Assembly (NCBI GenBank): GCA_020344955.1
Contig: CP070831.1
Span: 1,106,091-1,153,864 of the forward strand
Direction of reading: 5' to 3'
From: Promethearchaeota archaeon
Lineage (GTDB): Archaea; Asgardarchaeota; Lokiarchaeia; Sigyniarchaeales; SOKP01
DNA: 47,774 nucleotides
Shown: positions 36,053 through 43,987 of the stretch, piece after piece
Numbering within the stretch: the first letter of the stretch is position 1
Layout: every line of letters starts with the position of its first letter
Notes under the pieces: model-generated
Told to the model about the DNA's origin: nothing
Databases searched by the model: none
What the model saw: the letters and a program-made list of their open reading frames with translations, nothing else
Translations under genes and position numbers: made by a program

Positions 36053-36466
36053 TTATTCTACCACCTCCTCTTCCTTTACAGATTCTTTAAGAATCTTAAC
36101 TGAATCAATGGCTTCAGATAATAATAAGTTTACTGTGTCTTGATTGAGAACTCCTTCGGAGAGTTTAGCAAAATCTTCCAATTTTTTAATCAAATTTTTA
36201 AGAGCTTCCAAACCTAAGCCTTCCTGAATTACTTTCAATTCTTCTGTAGTTCCCTCCCCAATTTCCTTTACAGTATCAATATGTTTGGTTTGGGTAACAT
36301 CAATCTCATTCGAAAATTCTTCCAGTTTCGCAGTTAAATTTGATATCTTCTCTTCTATATTTTTATTTAAATCATCTAGAGAAGATTTCAGCCCTTGAAT
36401 AGCTGATCCGAGTTGGCTAATTCTTTTATAGATATTTTGAAGGAGGTCTGTTAACATTTCTGCCAT
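36053..36466 (-). CDS. coiled-coil protein, unknown function (partner A)
   Basis: 137 aa, heptad repeats, acidic C-terminus. It abuts the next gene with no spacer. Confidence 0.45.
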   Translation of the reverse strand: MAEMLTDLLQNIYKRISQLGSAIQGLKSSLDDLNKNIEEKISNLTAKLEEFSNEIDVTQTKHIDTVKEIGEGTTEELKVIQEGLGLEALKNLIKKLEDFAKLSEGVLNQDTVNLLLSEAIDSVKILKESVKEEEVVE

Positions 36467-36617
36467 TGATCATCAACTTCTTCTTTAATTCTTTGTTTTT
36501 GACAAAAATCTCTTTTTTTCACTTTAATTATAAATATAACAGATTACACCAATAAAAAAATTTTTATCTTTTTTCTGATTTAATTAGTTTATAATATTAA
36601 TACTTATCAGTCGAATT

Positions 36618-36792
36618 GGGCCATTTGCTTAGCTTGGTTAACAAGGTTTAGGTGCTTGGTCAACAAGCGCAGGTCTTATAAATGACCATCAGACATACAA
36701 TAAATAGAACTGTCTGAAAAAGTAAAAACCTGAGTAAACATTGTATCTCTCAATGTTTAAGGAAATCCGGGGTTCAAATCCCCGATGGCCCA
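36618..36792 (+). tRNA. tRNA-Ile(UAU) gene, 175 nt, with three insertions (D-loop ~22 nt, anticodon loop ~46 nt, variable region ~30 nt)
   Basis: Acceptor GGGCCAU/AUGGCCC plus discriminator A. T-arm CGGGG-UUCAAAU-CCCCG. Anticodon stem CAGGU(36670-36674)/ACCUG(36728-36732) with loop CUUAUAA (anticodon 36677-36679). D-stem GCUU(36627-36630)/AAGC(36665-36668). Confidence 0.7.
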
Positions 36793-36924
36793 TTTTAATT
36801 TAATTATAATTGAAAGTCTTTTGATTCTTGATTTGAAATTCGTGAAACATCTATTTTACGTTTTTTCATATATCTCTAACGAATATGTCTAGATATATTG
36901 AGATAATACATTAAAAATAAGTAA

Positions 36925-37605
36925 TTATTTATCTAAATTCGAACTGATCAAATCAAGAAGCCATTTTTTAATTTGAGTAAGATTTTTAAGGATCCCAGGT
37001 ACAAGATTTTCCGGAAAATTATGTTCTTGTTCTAACCTTTGAGCTGTCTCCATCCATTTATTTAGAGCTAATTGGACTAGACTTGCACCTTCTGCTTCCA
37101 TAAATATAGGAACAACAGCAGCAGATTCTCTCGCATCTCCAATAGCAAAGTAAATTCTTCGATTCATACCTTTTAACATTACTAAATTAGCACATTCATC
37201 AAGTTTTCTTTCTACTAAAATGCTTTTCAAGATCTGGCTTTTCATATCATCATCCATTTTTGCAAAAGCATCTTTTCTCTTTTTTAATAGAGGCTGAATT
37301 TCAGACACAACTTTATCACCAGTAGTTCCCTCGGTAAAATATTTAGTAATTTTTAAAGAATTATCTAAAGCTTCAATAGCAGTAAATTTTTTACTATTTG
37401 AATAAAAAACTGCCTTAGAACCACCTTGATCTTCACTTGTTGATTGCTTTATATAAATATTTCTCATTGATACTGAATTACATGTATGATAAGCTAATTC
37501 AAATAATTCTCGAGGGATTAAAGGAGTATATGATTCTTCAATTTGTTTAGAAAGCCATTGTGAAGTAATAACATTATTAAATTGGTCTAAAAGTCGGTTT
37601 TCCAT
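36925..37605 (-). CDS. hypothetical protein downstream of SepSecS
   Basis: 226-aa ORF, no recognisable motif, same strand and 120 nt downstream of the SepSecS gene. Confidence 0.4.
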   Translation of the reverse strand: MENRLLDQFNNVITSQWLSKQIEESYTPLIPRELFELAYHTCNSVSMRNIYIKQSTSEDQGGSKAVFYSNSKKFTAIEALDNSLKITKYFTEGTTGDKVVSEIQPLLKKRKDAFAKMDDDMKSQILKSILVERKLDECANLVMLKGMNRRIYFAIGDARESAAVVPIFMEAEGASLVQLALNKWMETAQRLEQEHNFPENLVPGILKNLTQIKKWLLDLISSNLDK

Positions 37606-37725
37606 TAAAAATCCCTTACTGACGATTTTGAATCGTTCAAATAATTTTTATTAAAATATAGAACTTCTAGTTTTTATTTATTTTTATTTCTGTTCAAATA
37701 GAATAATGAAATATTTGAAAAACTA

Positions 37726-39093
37726 TTAAGTACGAATTATTTGATTGTATGCTTTTTCAAATCTCTCAACAGCAGAAGTGATATCTTTTTCTGTCGCTCC
37801 AATTGCGGCATTCATTACAATATATGGTGTTGGATAATTGCTACAACATGTTCCAAACGCTTTATCTTTTGGATTATATACTCGTGGTCCAGTTACTCGT
37901 AAATTATATAATGCTCCTCCAAGCGCATACAAATGTTCTTTTTTCATATTCTTTAAAGATAAAGCCACAGCAACTGGATTATATATCTCTAAAACTCTTT
38001 CATTTAATTTTTCAGCAATTTTTCTGAGTTTTGTTTCAAGAATTTTCCGATTTTTTTGTTGTTCTTCAATTAATTTTTGATAACCATTAATGCCCATAGA
38101 TAACATTGAAATTAAGAAATTTACAACGGGGGTTGCTGAAGCCCGACCTGCATATGCTTGGCTGATTTTAGTTATATTTTCTTTCAATGGTGAGGCAATT
38201 ACAGCACCACCGACTGGTGTAAGGAAATTTTTATCTGTAGATTGAATAATTGCATCCACCCTTCCTGCATCAATTGCAGATCTGATTAATTTCATCCATT
38301 CTGGGCTTTGAATGCCATATGCATTTATAACAATATGAATAAGATCGTTTTCTTTTGCAAATTTACTTATTTCTTTGATATCATCATGTTCTCTGGGGGG
38401 AAAAAAACTCGTAACTGAGATGATGGCAAAACAATCATTATCCAAATTTTTTTTAATATCCTCAACTGGAATTCTTACTGCATCCCCAAAAATCTGTCCT
38501 GAGACAATTTTTGCATTAAAACCCATTAGATCAATTGATTTTAAAAGGGATTTATGATCTATTTGAGGAATTAAAACAGTCCGTTTATAATTCAAATTAG
38601 TTTCACTTTGCACTTGTTTTAAAGCTCCTAAACTCAAGGATAAGGACATTCCTGTACATAATGGTACTACAATTGCATCCGTTATATTGGGTAGGCCTGT
38701 ATTCCTCAAGATGTTTCGAGCTAAATAGTTAGTAATTTCATACATTATTGAACCTCCAGGTGCTTTTGGTTGGGGAGCTGTTAAAAAACCACTTCTTCCA
38801 ACACCATGACAAAATCCAGCAGAAGTTTTTAAATGGAGTCTTGAAGCTACTCTTGCCTCTCTCTCACCTACTCTCGCAGCATTATTATCTTTATCTGTAT
38901 CCATATTAGAAAGGGTTTGAAGTAGAAACTCTATTTGCTCATCAGTCCAAGGTTCACTAGGTACAGATCTTTGTTCGAATAGAATTTTCATGGGTTTTAA
39001 GAACTCAGTTAAAACAAGTTGGCCTCTATTTAACATATTTTCAGGAATATTCGAACTTTCGAAAAATTCAATAATTTTATTAAAATCAACCAT
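37726..39093 (-). CDS. spcS: O-phosphoseryl-tRNA(Sec) selenium transferase (SepSecS)
   Basis: PLP-enzyme pattern with QSTDKNFLTPVGGAVIAS (Lys of DKNF) and GRSGFLTAPQPKAPGGS. The start is moved to ATG 39091-39093 because the track's first 33 codons overlap the tRNA-Sec gene. Confidence 0.8.
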   Translation of the reverse strand: MVDFNKIIEFFESSNIPENMLNRGQLVLTEFLKPMKILFEQRSVPSEPWTDEQIEFLLQTLSNMDTDKDNNAARVGEREARVASRLHLKTSAGFCHGVGRSGFLTAPQPKAPGGSIMYEITNYLARNILRNTGLPNITDAIVVPLCTGMSLSLSLGALKQVQSETNLNYKRTVLIPQIDHKSLLKSIDLMGFNAKIVSGQIFGDAVRIPVEDIKKNLDNDCFAIISVTSFFPPREHDDIKEISKFAKENDLIHIVINAYGIQSPEWMKLIRSAIDAGRVDAIIQSTDKNFLTPVGGAVIASPLKENITKISQAYAGRASATPVVNFLISMLSMGINGYQKLIEEQQKNRKILETKLRKIAEKLNERVLEIYNPVAVALSLKNMKKEHLYALGGALYNLRVTGPRVYNPKDKAFGTCCSNYPTPYIVMNAAIGATEKDITSAVERFEKAYNQIIRT

Positions 39094-39116
39094 AAAGATC
39101 ACTATAAGTTTTAAAT

Positions 39117-39241
39117 TGGCGGCTCTCGAGGGGAATCGAACCCCTACCCCTCCGCAGGATAACTGGGTTTGAAGCCCAGCGTCAGAGACCACTTTGGTTA
39201 TCTCACTCTCTAATGTTGTGAGATTCTAACCGTCAAGAGCC
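39117..39241 (-). tRNA. selC: tRNA-Sec(UCA) with encoded CCA and a 32-nt BHB intron in the D-arm
   Basis: 13-bp acceptor/T stack (GGCUCUUGA / UCGAGAGCC; GGGG-UUCGAUU-CCCC). 6-bp anticodon stem GCUGGG/CCCAGU with loop CUUCAAA (UCA = 39170-39172). Long variable arm. After intron removal the D-arm is a 7-bp GUUAGAG/CUCUGAC stem with a UGGU loop. Confidence 0.85.
39194..39225 (-). other. BHB intron within the D-stem of tRNA-Sec
   Basis: Central helix GGUU(39231-39228)/AACC(39199-39196). 3-nt bulges AGA(39227-39225) and AAA(39195-39193). Inner 7-bp helix AUCUCAC/GUGAGAU with an 11-nt loop. The outer helix has only 2 bp (C39232-G39192, A39233-U39191). Confidence 0.7.
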
Positions 39242-39351
39242 TTCATTTTAAGCCTTTAAAATCAACTTAAGCGTCAATTCAAATTATTTATCTTTTTAAA
39301 ATAAGTTTTTGGTTATAAATAAGGGTATAATTATTTGATTAAGAAAATGAA

Positions 39352-40566
39352 TTAAAAAAGATCTGAAACATTTTTACCTTCTTCAAAAATACTACTAACT
39401 TTCTCCATAATCTCAGGGATATTTATATATTGAGGGCACTTTTCAAGGCATTCACCACATTGTATGCATAAACTTGCGGCTCCATCTACCTCTTCTCCTT
39501 CAGAAAGTCTTTGCTCTAAATCTTCTTGTGTTTTGGCCATCCTATCATAAAAAGATAATAGTCTATCTTTACGTGCTTCGCCCCAATATCCTAGTTCATT
39601 TAATAATCTAAAAACCCATGGAATAGAGACACCATTTGGACATGGTAGACAATACCTACAATCAGTACAAGGTACAAGGTCATAAGTTTTATATGCTTCA
39701 CGTAATTTAGAAATAATCTTTAAATCATCTTTAGTTAAATTATTAGCTTTCGAATTATTTGCTGATTCTATATTTTCTTTAACTTGCTGCATTGTACTCA
39801 TTCCACTTAATACGACTGATACTTGAGGATGATCCCAAACAAATTGTAAAGCCCAATCAGCCATAGTTCTTTCAATTTTTGATTTATTAAGAATTTCCTT
39901 AAACTCAAGTTTTTCATCAAGTTTTTTCTCGGGAATAGCTAATTTTCCACCGCGTATTGGTTCCATAATTATTAATGCAATATTCTTACTTCCCGCATAT
40001 TTTAGTCCTTTTGTACCTGCTTGATATTCTACATCAAGATAATTAAATTGGATTTGACAACAGTCCCAATTATAGTAATCAATTATCTCTTTAAACACCT
40101 CATAAGTATCATGAAATGAGAATCCTATATATGTAAACAATCCTTTAGATTTTGCTTGTTCCATTTTCTCAATCAAGTTAAACTTTTTGATTTTCTCTAA
40201 TCTATCTTTGTTTAGTCCATGAAATAAATATAGATCAGGATTAGTTTGTAATCTTTCAATCTGTTCTTTAAGGAATTTATCAAAATCATCCCTTTTCTTC
40301 ACTAACCACATTGGTAATTTTGTTGCTAGATGAACTTTTTCTCTGTAGCCATCTTTTAGCGCCTTTCCTAATAGAATTTCACTTTCTCCATTATGATAAG
40401 GATAAGCTGTATCTATGTAATTTACTCCATTATCTATTGCATATCTAATCATTTCTATCGCTATTTTTTCATTGATCTTTGAGTTTTGATCTACAGGTAA
40501 TCGCATAGCGCCAAACCCAAGAGCAGACACCTCCCAATTAAGAGATCCCATTTTTCGATACTTCAA
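39352..40566 (-). CDS. aldo/keto reductase fused to a C-terminal 4Fe-4S ferredoxin-like domain
   Basis: AKR N-terminus MKYRKMGSLNWEVSALGFGAMRLP and DTAYPYHNGESE. C-terminal cysteine clusters CTDCRYCLPCP and CIQCGECLEKCP. Confidence 0.75.
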   Translation of the reverse strand: MKYRKMGSLNWEVSALGFGAMRLPVDQNSKINEKIAIEMIRYAIDNGVNYIDTAYPYHNGESEILLGKALKDGYREKVHLATKLPMWLVKKRDDFDKFLKEQIERLQTNPDLYLFHGLNKDRLEKIKKFNLIEKMEQAKSKGLFTYIGFSFHDTYEVFKEIIDYYNWDCCQIQFNYLDVEYQAGTKGLKYAGSKNIALIIMEPIRGGKLAIPEKKLDEKLEFKEILNKSKIERTMADWALQFVWDHPQVSVVLSGMSTMQQVKENIESANNSKANNLTKDDLKIISKLREAYKTYDLVPCTDCRYCLPCPNGVSIPWVFRLLNELGYWGEARKDRLLSFYDRMAKTQEDLEQRLSEGEEVDGAASLCIQCGECLEKCPQYINIPEIMEKVSSIFEEGKNVSDLF

Positions 40567-40830
40567 TTTATCTTCTCTTTTCTTTTTTTTTAATTAAAAA
40601 GTTAAAGTGTGAATAATAAATGAATTTTATTATTAATAGTTATAAAAACATATTTTTATCCTATTTTAGGAGTAAATCTATTGAGTTGATATTATAAATA
40701 TTAATAAGCCATCTTCTTTAAGTAAAAGTAATTTAAAGGATGAATTACTAAATTTGTACTGTTTTTTTTTTTATAAAGACATAGTTGTTATTGATTTTCA
40801 AGGAAAACGAAAAACTTAAGTGAAAATGAT

Positions 40831-40983
40831 ATGATGAGTAAAATAGAATTAAAAATTGATTTTCAAATAGTTGAATGCCCTTTTATAGAATCTTGTATGC
40901 TTCCGAAAATACGGTTTTTATGTAAAATTCCAAATTGTAAAAATTGCCCAGATTATATCTCTAAATTAGTTAAAATTAGATAA
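40831..40983 (+). CDS. possible 50-aa cysteine-rich small protein
   Basis: ATG 40831 to TAA 40981-40983 reads MMSKIELKIDFQIVECPFIESCMLPKIRFLCKIPNCKNCPDYISKLVKIR. Below the ORF-track cutoff, no homology recognised. Confidence 0.2.
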   Translation: MMSKIELKIDFQIVECPFIESCMLPKIRFLCKIPNCKNCPDYISKLVKIR

Positions 40984-40992
40984 AAAAGTAAA

Positions 40993-41673
40993 TTATTTTA
41001 TTATCTTATTTTCAATATCACTACAATTTATCCTTCTGCAGCCTGGTGTTTTTAATGGAATATTATAAACCCTTTCAATAAAATTAACAATTATATGACT
41101 AGTTGCTCCAAAAATAACATATCTTTTACCATTTTGAGGTGATTTGTAATTATATTTCCCAACACTAATAGTATCGCCTTTAAGCATGTACGTTCTCTCT
41201 TTATAATTCTGTTTTTTTACAAAAAATGTAATAGGTATTTCTAATATCTCTTTTACTTCTGCATCTTGTTTTATCATTTTTTGATCCTGACTTATAAAAG
41301 CAACAAATGGTGTTATTATAAATCCTTTTGGTGTTAAGTGATCATCAATGCATCCTAAAATGTTTTCATTAGAAAGTTCTATCCCTAATTCTTCCTTTAA
41401 TTCTCTTTTCGCTGTATCTAAATAACTTGAATCAAGGGTAGAATCATATTTACCTCCCGGGAAAGAAATTTCCCCGGAATGCTTATCATTTTCTCTTTTC
41501 GTACGACGTATTAAAATTAATTCATATGATTTAATTTTATATGGAATTAAAAGAAAAAAAACTGCAGATTTTACAAAATTTTCATGTTCCATAGAAATTC
41601 TATATGGAGAATTAAAATCCATTAGTTTGCTTTCTATTAACTCTCTACTGAAAATAAAATTTGTAAATTTCAT
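40993..41673 (-). CDS. Nudix hydrolase, CoA pyrophosphatase-like, copy 2
   Basis: LILIRRTKRENDKHSGEISFPGGK plus Nudix box AKRELKEELGI. Confidence 0.7.
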   Translation of the reverse strand: MKFTNFIFSRELIESKLMDFNSPYRISMEHENFVKSAVFFLLIPYKIKSYELILIRRTKRENDKHSGEISFPGGKYDSTLDSSYLDTAKRELKEELGIELSNENILGCIDDHLTPKGFIITPFVAFISQDQKMIKQDAEVKEILEIPITFFVKKQNYKERTYMLKGDTISVGKYNYKSPQNGKRYVIFGATSHIIVNFIERVYNIPLKTPGCRRINCSDIENKIIK

Positions 41674-41684
41674 TATTTGGATTT

Positions 41685-42407
41685 CTAAAATTTTCTAGTG
41701 ATTTGATTTCTATATTTAACATATTCTTTCATTTGTTTGATTTTTTCAAGTTTAAAGCGTTTTAATCCCAATTGAGACATGTTAAGTTCATAAACTTTTT
41801 CTATAAAACTGATTATCATATAAGCTGTTGCTCCCCAGATGCTATATTCTTGTCCATTAGTTTTATCAATGTAATTGAAATAGAAAACAGGGAATTTTTT
41901 TTCTTCAATGTCAATAGCTTGTTCTTTAAAATTTTTTCTGCTAGTAAAAAATTCGATGGATACTTTAAGAATTCTTTGAACTTCTCTCTCATCTTTTACT
42001 AGAACTTGATTTTTATCTATTATTCCTAAGAAGGGGGTAATTATATACTGAGTCATCGTAGGAAAATCATCTAAACATCCAAATATTTTAATTTTTTCAC
42101 GAGGTACACCAATTTCTTCTTGTGTTTCTCGTAAAGCCGTATCTTCAAGAGAATTATCGAATCGGGAATCAAATTTTCCTCCGGGGAAAGATATTTCACC
42201 CCTATGTCTTAAACCTTTTTCTGAGCGATGAATTAGTATTAATTCATATGGTTTATTAACATATGGAATAATTGAAAAAAGAACTGCAGCACTAGTAAAA
42301 AATTTATCTTTTATGGAAATTCTTAAAGGTGAATCGCAGGGTAACAATTTTTTTTTTATGAAATTTTCATTGAAAATTAAATCTAAGGTATCCATGAGTT
42401 TTAGCAA
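41685..42407 (-). CDS. Nudix hydrolase, CoA pyrophosphatase-like, copy 1
   Basis: LILIHRSEKGLRHRGEISFPGGK plus Nudix box ALRETQEEIGV. Colinear with the downstream paralog. Confidence 0.7.
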   Translation of the reverse strand: MLKLMDTLDLIFNENFIKKKLLPCDSPLRISIKDKFFTSAAVLFSIIPYVNKPYELILIHRSEKGLRHRGEISFPGGKFDSRFDNSLEDTALRETQEEIGVPREKIKIFGCLDDFPTMTQYIITPFLGIIDKNQVLVKDEREVQRILKVSIEFFTSRKNFKEQAIDIEEKKFPVFYFNYIDKTNGQEYSIWGATAYMIISFIEKVYELNMSQLGLKRFKLEKIKQMKEYVKYRNQITRKF

Positions 42408-42479
42408 AAATTTTAAGAGATTAATTATTTAAAAATCATAATATTATATCCTAATAAAGTTTTTAGCAAGTGTGTAATT

Positions 42480-42779
42480 ATGAAACTTCCAAAAGAACTT
42501 AGAGACAGTCGCGATCTAGGCGGATCGGGTAAATCTAGAAAATGTTCAATTAAAGATTGTAGGGAAACTGCTATTCGATCTTTATCAGAAAATTCTTGGA
42601 AAAGATATGTGGAAAAAGCGGGCTTAATATTTATTGAAAATACGCAACATAAAATATATTTATGTAAAAAACACTATAATCAATCTAATAAGTTCAGAAA
42701 ATCCCAAGAGAAGATTTTTCAGAAAAAAGGATTTTTAAATAATTCAATTGGAATTAAAAAGGGAAAATGGGAAGATTAA
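42480..42779 (+). CDS. small basic hypothetical protein with C..C...C..H pattern
   Basis: 99 aa, lysine-rich, with CSIKDC ... CKKH. No family recognised. Confidence 0.35.
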   Translation: MKLPKELRDSRDLGGSGKSRKCSIKDCRETAIRSLSENSWKRYVEKAGLIFIENTQHKIYLCKKHYNQSNKFRKSQEKIFQKKGFLNNSIGIKKGKWED

Positions 42780-42952
42780 GGAATTATTGCCATTTTCTCA
42801 TAAATAGTATTGATTAAGTTAAATTGGCCTTCAATCAATCCTATAGTCAGAAGTGATAATCCTAAAAGCAAAATTATGACTGCAATTAATTTATTTCTCA
42901 TTAATATCGTATTTTTAAATATTACCTAATAAAAATATTTTTACAATTAATC

Positions 42953-43834
42953 TTATTTTGTTAATTTTTCTAATGTATCAATTTTAGTTTCAATTTTTTT
43001 CAATTTTAAGTCAAATTCTTTATCTTTTTCATTAAACTCATCTTCCGTTAGTTCTTTGGCATGATATCTACCTTTATTTAATTTTCTCTCACCTGATAAT
43101 TCTGCTTTTTCTAACTTTAATTCTTGAATCCATAATTTCATTCCTTCTATAAGGTTCTCTCTTTCTTCTTCAAAATCGCTTTTTTCTTGTTTGTATTTTT
43201 CTCTCAATTTTTCGAAAGTCTCTTTATCTACTTTATGTAATTTATATTCTCTGGTTAAATTTTTAAGCTGAAAGATTTTCTCATCAATATCATTTTGTAT
43301 TCTTTGAACAATAAATGGCTCTTCTAAATTCTGTTTAATTATGTTTTCTCTTTCTTTCAATTCACTTATTAAGGTTTTAATTGCCTCTAATTTTATATTA
43401 ACTTCTTTTTTAAATCCTAAATCATATTCATATCTTTCATCCTTAGTAGATTTTGAAAGTTCAGTTAATTTTTCAAGAAGTACTTCTTTATTTAGTTGAA
43501 TATCGCTATACTCAATATAATAAACCATTTGTTCTTTTACATCTTCAGGAAGTGGTTTTACTTCTCTTTTTTCTTTTGATTTTTTATATTTCTTCGTGTC
43601 TTTTTCTTCTTCTTCATCAAAAAATTCTTCCACTCGTTCTTGTTCTGGTTTCACTTTCTCAGCTTTTTTATCATCTTTTTCAATTTCTTCTTTTTTTATA
43701 GGCTGTTCGATTTCAGATTTTTTCTCTGGTTTTGGGATATTAGTTAGTAAAGGTTTACCACATATAATGCAGAATTTATCTGATTCTTTAACAGGCGAAC
43801 CACAATAGACACAAAACTTAGGCATAGACTCCAC
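42953..43834 (-). CDS. N-terminal double zinc ribbon plus long K/E-rich coiled-coil protein
   Basis: FCVYCGSPV...FCIICGKPL, followed by ~250 aa of charged heptad repeats. Confidence 0.55.
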   Translation of the reverse strand: MESMPKFCVYCGSPVKESDKFCIICGKPLLTNIPKPEKKSEIEQPIKKEEIEKDDKKAEKVKPEQERVEEFFDEEEEKDTKKYKKSKEKREVKPLPEDVKEQMVYYIEYSDIQLNKEVLLEKLTELSKSTKDERYEYDLGFKKEVNIKLEAIKTLISELKERENIIKQNLEEPFIVQRIQNDIDEKIFQLKNLTREYKLHKVDKETFEKLREKYKQEKSDFEEERENLIEGMKLWIQELKLEKAELSGERKLNKGRYHAKELTEDEFNEKDKEFDLKLKKIETKIDTLEKLTK

Positions 43835-43897
43835 TTTTAGAAAAATATTAATATAATGATTATATGATATTTAAAATTAAAATTTTAATTAAAATTT

Positions 43898-43917
43898 AGG
43901 AGTCCGATTTTTGAAAT
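43898..43917. repeat. 20-nt motif AGGAGTCCGATTTTTGAAAT, copy 1 (inside a 10-bp inverted repeat 43893-43902 / 43918-43927)
   Basis: 19/20 identical to 45251-45270. The two copies bracket the acyltransferase gene. Confidence 0.6.
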
Positions 43918-43987
43918 CTCCTAAATTATTCTAAATTTTTAGCTATACAAAATGAAATAAAATAAAATCTTTCGGAGATAATTGATA

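Noticed and set aside
36631-36664. Canonical BHB motif for the D-loop insertion of tRNA-Ile
   Set aside because: I tried all cut positions compatible with the 22-nt duplication and neighbouring lengths. The best central helices had wobble-rich or 3-of-4 pairing and no adjoining inner helix, so no BHB is claimed for this insertion.
39094-39192. N-terminal 33 codons of the track's SepSecS ORF (MVSDAGLQTQLSCGGVGVRFPSRAANLKLIVIF)
   Set aside because: This stretch is the reverse-strand reading through the tRNA-Sec gene (39117..39241). SepSecS-like sequence starts at the Met encoded at 39091-39093.
42776-42901. 41-codon minus-strand ORF (MRNKLIAVIILLLGLSLLTIGLIEGQFNLINTIYEKMAIIP), a possible small membrane peptide
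   Set aside because: It is short, has no homology recognisable by eye, overlaps the stop of the convergent gene, and hydrophobic ORFs of this size arise easily in AT-rich DNA. It is not listed as a feature.
2775-43808. Other overlapping ORF-track entries: 2775..2957, 3078..3287, 3795..3977, 5758..6012, 6511..6846, 7576..7842, 9715..9972, 15800..15985, 18629..18820, 20428..20685, 21597..21884, 22071..22265, 24633..24917, 25443..25748, 26542..26754, 27881..28192, 30298..30504, 30492..30689, 31694..31921, 37803..38080, 38375..38557, 38990..39172, 41772..42002, 43453..43808
   Set aside because: Each is nested in, or antisense to, a longer ORF with clear family motifs. None shows a recognisable motif, and the compositions are typical of out-of-frame or antisense reading of AT-rich genes.
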